Below are positions 10,101 through 15,788 of a stretch of DNA of 41,320 nt, one piece after another. This stretch comes from Planctomycetota bacterium. Lineage in GTDB: Bacteria > Planctomycetota > Phycisphaerae > Sedimentisphaerales > Anaerobacaceae. A program made the position numbers and the translations under genes. Location: assembly GCA_016872975.1 (NCBI GenBank), contig VGYL01000001.1:1-41320 (forward strand), read 5' to 3'. The number at the start of each line of letters is the position of its first letter. Within the stretch, counting starts at the first letter, position 1. The notes under the pieces were generated by a model. That model saw only the letters and a list, made by a program, of their open reading frames with translations, did not search any database and was not told where the DNA came from.

Positions 10101-10406
10101 CACCGCATCGATAATCCGCGGGACGTGCTTCATCTCGAGCTTGGGATAGACCGCATGCCCCGGCTCCACCACGATGAAGGGGTCCATCTCGCAGAAACCG
10201 AGGCAGCCCGTGATCCGCAGCGCGAGGCGGTCGCCGAGATTTCGCTCGATGATCTGCCTCTTGATGATGCGGATCAGGTCGTTGGAGCCGCTGGCCTGTC
10301 CGCCGGTGCCGGCACAGATGATGAGGCAGGGTTTGCCGCCGTCCGGCCCGCCCGTGACGGTTCGGCAGAACTCCCGGAACTCGGCGGTGGATTGCATCGT
10401 TGCCAT
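7152..10406 (-). CDS. Fusion flavoprotein: Trx-like 2Fe-2S domain + NuoF/HydB-like NADH/FMN/[4Fe-4S] module + GltD/NfnB-like FAD/NAD(P)H module
   Basis: The 1084-aa protein starts at 'MATMQST'. NuoF motifs are 'GLRGRGGAGFPTGRKWE', 'VCNADEGDPGAYMDR' and 'ESCGKCLTCRKG...MCGLG'. GltD-like motifs are 'CQAACPV', 'VAVVGAGPAGLAAAHGL' and 'VGIVGGGNSAVDAARVA'. The start overlaps the NuoE-like stop by 1 nt (TAATG). Confidence 0.9.
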   Translation of the reverse strand: MATMQSTAEFREFCRTVTGGPDGGKPCLIICAGTGGQASGSNDLIRIIKRQIIERNLGDRLALRITGCLGFCEMDPFIVVEPGHAVYPKLEMKHVPRIIDAVLAGTVVEELLYREPGTTRKCRCQEEIPFFQGQKRIILGANQRIDPIRILDYIREGGYQALLKVLENPDPERIVQEVVKSGLRGRGGAGFPTGRKWELARKAAKVGGKKYVVCNADEGDPGAYMDRSLLEGNPHAIMEGMTLAALAIGATDGVIYVRSEYPLAIKHAQIALRQARGMGLLGDNLLGSGIRFDIDIVRGAGAFVCGEETALIKSIEGRMGEPRQRPPYPIAKGIFGAPTCINNVETLANVPFIIRHGADAFAAIGTDGNTGTKIFSLVGKIRNTGLVEVPLGTPLKEVVYEIGGGPLAKTRVKAVQTGGPSGGCIPASLFDLPISYDSLTKAGSIMGSGGMIVMDENTCMVDVARYFMNFLQDESCGKCLTCRKGTQRMHEILDEITHGQGTPGHLDLLEELALVVKDTTMCGLGQSAPNPVLSTLRYFREEYRRHIEDKRCDAFVCKSLVGAPCQAACPVDTEPWRYVALIEKGQYEQAYRIIREANPFPAVSARVCDRKCESRCSLGVGGGEGIAVRALKRFVTDRVDPSVYHPEVRSTNGQAKKVAVVGAGPAGLAAAHGLSLLGHKVTVLEALPESGGMLACSLPAYRLPREIVRGEIRTLLNENIAVRHGVELGRDVALRELLAEGFQAVFLALGAHESWRLGLEGEDVAGVYPSMEFLKAFNLRGAELARGHVGIVGGGNSAVDAARVALRQKEVTSVTLLYRRTRDEMPAYEEEVEAALEEGVTIETLVSPVKIRVRQEEIETALREGVALETLVSPIRICTSEGRLVGIECIRNRLGELDASGRRKPVPVPGTEFTLQFDTLVVAIGERPQTDGLAGMGLELDKGGRVKVDPKTLATSVPGVFAGGDLVTGPNTVIDAIAAGKKAARMIDRYLRGEPLAEPPGLKLPTVFLEPAAVGDEELERATRAVPAVLPVKQRRKNFHEIERPLSVAQVTAEARRCLRCDLAFTQGQAPACAASAVPGEQQA

Positions 10407-11281
10407 TATGCCCCTTTCCCCTCTGGTGAAACGTTCCGCACGGCGGCCCCGAGGTCGAGCCGGTGTCCCGGACAGCCGCGTCGCGCACACCGATGCAGTG
10501 CGGCGCAGGAGCCGGCCGTCAGCGCGGCCATCGTCGCGCCGCACTCGGGACAATCCGAGCCGTCGGCAAGCTCGCGTCCGCAGTGCGGACACGACAGCAC
10601 CGCCAACGCTCCCTCGGGAATCGCGTCGTCACCGGCGGCCGCGGCATTGCCGTAGAGCGATGACAGGTGCAGGGCGCCCATCTTGCCGGCGAACGAGGCG
10701 GTCAATCGGATGGAAGCCTGGCCCTCCAGGGGATGTCCGGCATCCATCAGGCTCTGACCACACTGGGGGCAACTGACATGGATCGGGAACACCCGCTCGT
10801 CGACGTCCGCGCCGGATTGCGGGAAGCCTTGGCGCGCCTGCTCCAGAATGTGCGGCACCTTGGCCGTGGTGACATGCCGGAAGTAGCGCTGATCCACTAC
10901 CACCGTCGGACCCAACGCGCAGGCGCCGAGGCAGTTCACCGTCTCCAGGGTGAATTCCTTGTCGGGCGTGGTTTCTCCCGGCGGAATGCCCAGTTGCCGG
11001 CGGAACTCCTCCACAATCTTGGGCGCCCCTCGCACATGACACGCGGTGCCGAGACATACGGAGATGAGATGCTTGCCGCGTGGCTTGAGGCTGAAGGCCT
11101 TGTAGAAGGTGACGACCGCGTAGATGTCGGTCAGCGAGCGGCCGGTCGCCGCCGCGACCTTGTGCAGAGCGTCCTGGGGCAGATACCTGTACTTCGCCTG
11201 GATTTCGCTGAGGACAGACAGCATGCCCCCCAGCGAGCCGTGATGCTCGGCGACGATCTTCTCAACAGCGTGCTCATCCAT
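10406..11281 (-). CDS. NuoE/HydC-like thioredoxin-fold [2Fe-2S] protein with a ~125-aa C-terminal CxxC-rich (zinc-ribbon-like) extension
   Basis: The start 'MDEHAVEKIV' at 11281 has an AAGAGG RBS. The NuoE core is seen in 'LISVCLGTACHVRGA...VNCLGACALGP'. The C-terminal part contains 'CPQCG', 'CPHCG' and 'CPECG'. Confidence 0.85.
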   Translation of the reverse strand: MDEHAVEKIVAEHHGSLGGMLSVLSEIQAKYRYLPQDALHKVAAATGRSLTDIYAVVTFYKAFSLKPRGKHLISVCLGTACHVRGAPKIVEEFRRQLGIPPGETTPDKEFTLETVNCLGACALGPTVVVDQRYFRHVTTAKVPHILEQARQGFPQSGADVDERVFPIHVSCPQCGQSLMDAGHPLEGQASIRLTASFAGKMGALHLSSLYGNAAAAGDDAIPEGALAVLSCPHCGRELADGSDCPECGATMAALTAGSCAALHRCARRGCPGHRLDLGAAVRNVSPEGKGA

Positions 11282-11331
11282 TGGAACCTCTTGTCGACAG
11301 GCCAGGTCGGCCCCGGGGGCGACAGCGCCCC

Positions 11332-11604
11332 TCAGCAATATTCCTCGCAGTGCCATACCCCGCCGGGCGAGTCCCGCAACGTGCAGGAGCCGCGACTCTG
11401 GCAGTTGCAGCACAGACCCATCGCCACATCGAGCACGGCCTCAGCGTCGGCCGCAACCGGAGCCTTCCGCCTCGAGGGGATCGGCACGGCATCGTCGAAC
11501 TGCTCGCAGAAGTGAACGGGGAACAGAATCTCGTTGCGCCGGGTGCATAGGAAACTGTTGTTGCAGGTCGAGCACAGGCCCAGAGATTTATCTCCCATTC
11601 CCAT
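11332..11604 (-). CDS. Small (90 aa) cysteine-rich protein with two copies of a C-x2-C-x5-C-x11/12-C-E-(Q/E)-(F/Y) module
   Basis: An AGGAGG RBS lies 8 nt upstream of the ATG at 11604. This is the first ORF downstream of the sigma-54 promoter. The two modules are 'GLCSTCNNSFLCTRRNEILFPVHFCEQF' and 'GLCCNCQSRGSCTLRDSPGGVWHCEEY'. I do not recognise a family name. Confidence 0.55.
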   Translation of the reverse strand: MGMGDKSLGLCSTCNNSFLCTRRNEILFPVHFCEQFDDAVPIPSRRKAPVAADAEAVLDVAMGLCCNCQSRGSCTLRDSPGGVWHCEEYC

Positions 11605-11702
11605 GACTGCAAACCTCCTATTTCCTGCACGCATCCGGACGGTTCCGCGGCACGGCCGCCAGCGCCCGTGCCACGCAGTCGCAACAAACAGCCCCTCCCA
11701 TA

Positions 11703-11717
11703 GCAACGTCCGTGCCA
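11703..11717 (-). promoter_or_regulatory. Sigma-54 (RpoN) -24/-12 promoter
   Basis: The minus strand reads TGGCAC-GGACG-TTGC, an exact match to TGGCAC-N5-TTGC. It lies ~100 nt upstream of the Cys-rich ORF and immediately downstream of a sigma-54-dependent response regulator gene. Confidence 0.65.
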
Positions 11718-11851
11718 CAGGGACATGCCCGGGCTGTACGAGGAGGATCTCGCTGCTTCAACATCTTGCGAGGAAAGAGCTTATGAGAGTGGAAGGAATG
11801 ACCCGATGAGGCGAAAGCATGTCCCCAAACCCGCTGAGCAGAAGACCTACA

Positions 11852-11890
11852 GGTGGGGAGATTGGGACCACTGGGGAGATTCTCCCCACC
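11852..11890. promoter_or_regulatory. Candidate enhancer (UAS): GGTGGGGAGA half-sites arranged as an inverted/direct repeat
   Basis: The sequence is 'GGTGGGGAGA-ttgggaccac-TGGGGAGAtTCTCCCCACC'. It contains the 7-bp-arm palindrome GGGGAGA-t-TCTCCCC, and the outer arms GGTGGGGAGA and TCTCCCCACC are complementary. It lies 135-170 bp upstream of the -24 element. Confidence 0.3.
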
Positions 11891-11894
11891 TTAA

Positions 11895-11978
11895 GCAAGG
11901 AAAAAGGAAAAAGGCAAGAGGCAAAATGGAGATGCGGCCTTTCCCCTTTTGCCTTTTGCCTTTTTCCCTTTGCCTTGC
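11895..11978 (-). terminator. Long imperfect hairpin (about 35-nt arms, GGCAAAAGG-type repeats) directly after the response-regulator stop; a putative terminator or insulator
   Basis: The arm 'gcaaggaaaaaggaaaaaggcaagaggcaaaatgg' pairs with 'ccccttttgccttttgcctttttccctttgccttgc'. On the minus strand the hairpin begins 10 nt after the stop at 11988-11990, and its 3' arm is U-rich. Confidence 0.4.
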
Positions 11979-11987
11979 ATCAGGTTC

Positions 11988-13337
11988 TTACAGGTCCAGG
12001 CCGTATTCGGTGATCTTCTTGCGCAGGGTCTTGCGGTCGATGCCGAGGATCTGGGCCGCCTGCGTCTTGTTGCCGCCGACGTTGGCCAGGACGTTGCGGA
12101 TGTGGTCCGCCTCCACCTCGGCCAGGGTCCGGTTCACCCCGGTCGTGCGCAGGGCCGAGAAGCGGGCAAACGACGGCAGATCCGGGACCTCAATGACCTG
12201 GTCGTCGTACATGACCACAATCCGCTGGATCACGTTCTCCAGCTCCCGCGCGTTGCCCGGCCAGGCGTAATTCTGCAGGGCCTCCATCGCCTTTTCGGAA
12301 AAACGCGGGACCGTCTTGCCCAGCTCCGAGGCGAACTTCTCGGCGAAGTGGCGGACCAAGAGGGCAATGTCACTACCCCGGGCCCGCAGGGGCGGGACCT
12401 CGATCGCGACGACGTTGATGCGATAGTACAGCTCCTCGCGGAACACCCGGCTTTGAATGAGACTGTGCAGGTCCTTGTTCGTGGCGGCGATGATCCGCAC
12501 GTCCACCGTCCGGACGCGGGCGTCGCCCACCATGCGCACCTCCTTGTCCTGGAGGACCCGCAGGAGCTTCACCTGCATGGCGATGCTCGTCTCGCCGATC
12601 TCGTCGAGGAAGATCGTGCCACCGTCGGCGGTCTGGAAGAACCCCGCCCGCGACTCGTGGGCGCCGGTGAACGCGCCTTTGACGTACCCGAACAGCTCAC
12701 TCTCCAGGAGGCTCTCCGGGATGCCGCCGCAGTTGACGGGCACAAACGGCGCGGCGGCCCGGGTACTGCTGTAATGGATCGCCCGCGCCACCAGCTCCTT
12801 GCCGCTGCCGCTTTCGCCGGTAATGAGGACCGTGGCCGAGGTCGCCGACGCCTTGCGGATTGCCGCGAAAACGCGCTGCATCGCGGGCGATTCGCCGATC
12901 AGACCGTAGGCGAATTCCGGCACGGGCGCGGGTCCCAGCGCCGCCGCGCGTCTTTGGCAGAGCTTGTCCACGACCCGGCGGACCGCCGCCAGCAGCTCGC
13001 TCTCGGTGAACGGCTTGGCGACGTACTCTTCCGCGCCGCTCTTGAGGGCCTCCACCGCGCTTTCCACGGTCGCGTAGCCGGTGATCATCATCACGGCGGT
13101 GTCCTTGTAGTTCTCGCGCACGTGCCGGATCAGGTCGATGCCGCTGATCCTGGGCATCTTCAGGTCCGTGATGACGAGGTCCACGGCCGTGCCTTCCAGC
13201 AGGCGCAGGGCATCGACGGCGTTGGGGACCGTGTAGGTCGTGTACCCCTCGGCGGTCAGGGTCCGTTGCAGGACCTCCAGGGTGCTGGCGGTATCGTCAA
13301 CGACAAGAATCGTCTCTTTGTTTTCGGGTGAGCTCAT
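11988..13337 (-). CDS. Sigma-54-dependent response regulator (NtrC family: REC + AAA+ + Fis-type HTH)
   Basis: The REC domain shows 'ILVVDD...DLVITDLKMP'. The AAA+ domain has Walker A 'GESGSGKE' and the sigma-54 contact loop 'GAFTGA'. A C-terminal HTH is seen in 'NKTQAAQILGIDRKTLRKK'. The start overlaps the kinase stop (ATGA). Confidence 0.93.
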   Translation of the reverse strand: MSSPENKETILVVDDTASTLEVLQRTLTAEGYTTYTVPNAVDALRLLEGTAVDLVITDLKMPRISGIDLIRHVRENYKDTAVMMITGYATVESAVEALKSGAEEYVAKPFTESELLAAVRRVVDKLCQRRAAALGPAPVPEFAYGLIGESPAMQRVFAAIRKASATSATVLITGESGSGKELVARAIHYSSTRAAAPFVPVNCGGIPESLLESELFGYVKGAFTGAHESRAGFFQTADGGTIFLDEIGETSIAMQVKLLRVLQDKEVRMVGDARVRTVDVRIIAATNKDLHSLIQSRVFREELYYRINVVAIEVPPLRARGSDIALLVRHFAEKFASELGKTVPRFSEKAMEALQNYAWPGNARELENVIQRIVVMYDDQVIEVPDLPSFARFSALRTTGVNRTLAEVEADHIRNVLANVGGNKTQAAQILGIDRKTLRKKITEYGLDL

Positions 13338-14506
13338 GATTCCGGGCGGTTCTCCAGGTCAGCGACCGGCTCCAGGGGCAGTCGAATGGTGAACGTCGTC
13401 CCCTGGCCGGGCGCGCTGCGGACCGCGATCGTCCCCCCATGCGCGGCGACGATCCCATGAACGACGGGCAGGCCCAGGCCCGTTCCCTGGTTCACCTCCT
13501 TGGTCGTGAAGAAGGGCATGAACAGACGGTCCTGCACCTCGGGGGTCATGCCCACTCCCGTGTCCTCGACGACGCAGACGACGTGCCCCTCCTGCACCTG
13601 GGTCTGGATCGTGAGTCGTCCCCCTCCCGGCATGGCCTGCATCGCGTTGACCACGAGATTGACCACGACCTGGGTCAACTGGCCGGCATCGGCGGCCAAC
13701 AGGGGCATCTCGGGACTCAGCAAACACAGCAACTCGATCTCTTCCTTCTCGAAGTGGTGCCGGAACAGATCGATCGCGCCCAGAATGACCTTGTTGAGGT
13801 CCACGGGCCCTTTGAACGTGGGCGTCTGCCGGGCGAAGAGCAGGAGTTTCTTGATGATCTCCCGGGCATGGAGGGAAGCGGTCACAATCTTCTGGAGGTC
13901 GGGCTTGCCTCCTTCAGGCATGCCCGGCTCGCGCTGCAACAACTGGGCAAAGCCGAGAATGCTGCTGAGCGGCTCGTTCAGCTCGTGGGCGACGCCCGCC
14001 GCCAACTGGCCGATCGTGGCCAGGCGGTCCGCGTGCATGAGCTGCTTTTGCAGCCGGCTCCGCTCCTGCTGGGCCTCCTGGTGTTCCACGATGACGGCAA
14101 TCTGCCGGGCGATGGCATCCAGCAAACTCCGTTCATCCTTCAAGAACGGCCCCTCATCCAGGCTCGGTCTCGGCTCGGTGTACACCACCTCGACCACGCC
14201 GCGGTGTTTGCCGCCCACGACCACGTCCGCCGCCTGGGTGGGGCCGCCCTCCTGAAAGCCCGGGGTCGCATAGCGCCGGGCATCCAGGGTGATCCGGGCC
14301 GACGCGACCTCCGGGTACTGCCATGCCGGCGGGATCAACTCCACCACGCGCTGATAGATATCGTCGGACGACCCGATGAAGTCATCGAAGATACGATTGA
14401 TCCGGTACAGGCAACTCAGCTCCTTCACCCGTTCGCGCAGTGCCCGCGCCGTCTGGTCTGCCGGCGGCGCCACGGCCCCGGCCTTGCTTTCCGCTCGTTT
14501 GCTCAT
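13334..14506 (-). CDS. Cytoplasmic sensor histidine kinase (uncharacterised N-terminal sensor module + HisKA + HATPase_c)
   Basis: The H-box is 'GVAHELNEPLSSI'. ATPase motifs are 'VVNLVVNAMQA', 'DTGVGM' and 'GTGLGL'. There is no TM segment. The N-terminal ~140 aa contain 'KELSCLYRINRI'. Confidence 0.9.
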   Translation of the reverse strand: MSKRAESKAGAVAPPADQTARALRERVKELSCLYRINRIFDDFIGSSDDIYQRVVELIPPAWQYPEVASARITLDARRYATPGFQEGGPTQAADVVVGGKHRGVVEVVYTEPRPSLDEGPFLKDERSLLDAIARQIAVIVEHQEAQQERSRLQKQLMHADRLATIGQLAAGVAHELNEPLSSILGFAQLLQREPGMPEGGKPDLQKIVTASLHAREIIKKLLLFARQTPTFKGPVDLNKVILGAIDLFRHHFEKEEIELLCLLSPEMPLLAADAGQLTQVVVNLVVNAMQAMPGGGRLTIQTQVQEGHVVCVVEDTGVGMTPEVQDRLFMPFFTTKEVNQGTGLGLPVVHGIVAAHGGTIAVRSAPGQGTTFTIRLPLEPVADLENRPES

Positions 14507-14680
14507 GTCTGCTCCTGCCCTGAAACCCGGGCCTTCCGCACGCCAGTATGCGTCGGCTCCCGCCGGCTTGTCAAGCGCCGCGGCCCGTGCGTGCGCAAAC
14601 CGGTCTTGTGAGCTTCTGCGGCAACGGACATTTGGCCCCTGCGCAGCGAAGGATGAGCAGAATGTCCCTTTTCCGGTGGT

Positions 14681-14905
14681 CTCAGGGGGTGTGTGAGAAG
14701 CCTTGGCCTAGGGCTGGTCCAGGGATGGATAGGTGGCACGCCCAAACGCGTTTGAGCGTGTCCACGGCGACGGGTGGCAGCGGCAAGGCCGTAGGCTTTG
14801 CGCAGGCCTTGCCGATGGCGGATGGAATAAGCCATCGGCAAGCTCCGAAGACTCCGCTTGCCGCTGCCACCCATTACTGAGCTGGGTTCTCACACACCCT
14901 CTCAG
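14681..14905. repeat. Nested repeat: a 'GGGTGGCAGCGGCAAG...CTTGCCGCTGCCACCC' palindrome (14772-14872) inside a 'GGTGTGTGAGAAG...CTCACACACC' inverted-repeat element
   Basis: The outer arms at 14684-14701 and 14886-14903 are complementary. The same arms bracket 37024-37150. The inner 101-bp palindrome recurs at 18191, 24295 and 29040. Confidence 0.85.
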
Positions 14906-14984
14906 GAGAGCGCGCGAGCCGGCGTCAAAGGCTATCGCCCTTGACGCCCGATATGGACTTGGCGTACGAAAAGCCCGGTCAGAA

Positions 14985-15788
14985 TCAATACCTGGTCAAT
15001 TCCTCGCGTTCGGCCGGTCGCCGGAGGGCGGTCTCGCTTGCGTGGCGCTCGCCCTCAGTCGGCACCGTGGCCACGAGTTCCTGCACCAAGGTTGCGCTCA
15101 CATGGCCGAAACGGCCCGGGCCGGTGCCGGGCTCGCACGCCGCACCGCGAACGCAGACGGCATCGACGCCCGCCGCCCACAGGCCCGGCAACTCGTCCTT
15201 GCCGATGCTACCGCCCACCCAGGCGGCGAGGCCCCGGTCATGGCATCGGGCGACGAAATCCTCGATATCCCCCAGCTTGTAGTAGTCCAATAGCCCCAGG
15301 CCGAGGCCTTTGTCGTAGGTGTCGACCAGCAGCCCATCGGCCCGCATGTGGGCCGCCAGGTCCGGCCCCTCCTCGATCGGGTCGATGTACCAACGGGCCA
15401 GCCGTTCGTCCGCGAACAGCACCGGCACACGTATCTTGGCCGGAAACCACTTCTTGACCGTTCGGATCAGGGCCGGCCCGAACTCCCGCGCCTCGCCGAG
15501 CGGCATCCTGGCAAGGCCGAGCTTGATGATGTCGGCCCCCGCCAGGGCGACGCCCAACACGGCCTGGCAGGCCGTCGAGCGTCCCAACTGCTCGCCCCCG
15601 ATGTTCGTGGCCACCGGGATCGGCCCCGGCACGGTCTCCCGCACAGCCAGGATGTTGAGCGGATACGGCGTGCCCAGCGCCGCCGCGGGATACTCCACGT
15701 CCACGATATGGACGCCGCCCTCGACCGCCGCGATGGCCTCGGTCTTGCCGCGCACCCCTACCAACAATCTCTGATGCCGATCTCTCAT
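14985..15788 (-). CDS. DUF556/MfnB-like ((5-formylfuran-3-yl)methyl phosphate synthase family) protein, divergent
   Basis: The start is 'MRDRHQRLLVGVRGKTEAIAAVEGGVHIVDVEYP'. This aligns without gaps to the MfnB N-terminus as I recall it ('[27 protein letters not shown]'). 'IIKLGL', 'LVDTYDKG' and 'VCVRGAAC' are also conserved. There is a ~35-aa C-terminal extension. Confidence 0.68.
   Translation of the reverse strand: MRDRHQRLLVGVRGKTEAIAAVEGGVHIVDVEYPAAALGTPYPLNILAVRETVPGPIPVATNIGGEQLGRSTACQAVLGVALAGADIIKLGLARMPLGEAREFGPALIRTVKKWFPAKIRVPVLFADERLARWYIDPIEEGPDLAAHMRADGLLVDTYDKGLGLGLLDYYKLGDIEDFVARCHDRGLAAWVGGSIGKDELPGLWAAGVDAVCVRGAACEPGTGPGRFGHVSATLVQELVATVPTEGERHASETALRRPAEREELTRY

Noticed and set aside
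10406-11413. Long N-terminal extensions in the ORF-track models. Examples are 10406..11413, 7152..10592, 6478..7236, 18913..20322, 20419..21270, 22123..23523, 30764..31264 and 40206..41192.
   Set aside because: The extensions overlap upstream genes or are encoded by repeat elements. Internal ATGs with an RBS or with stop-start overlaps give N-termini that match the family consensus. The features were therefore trimmed to those starts.
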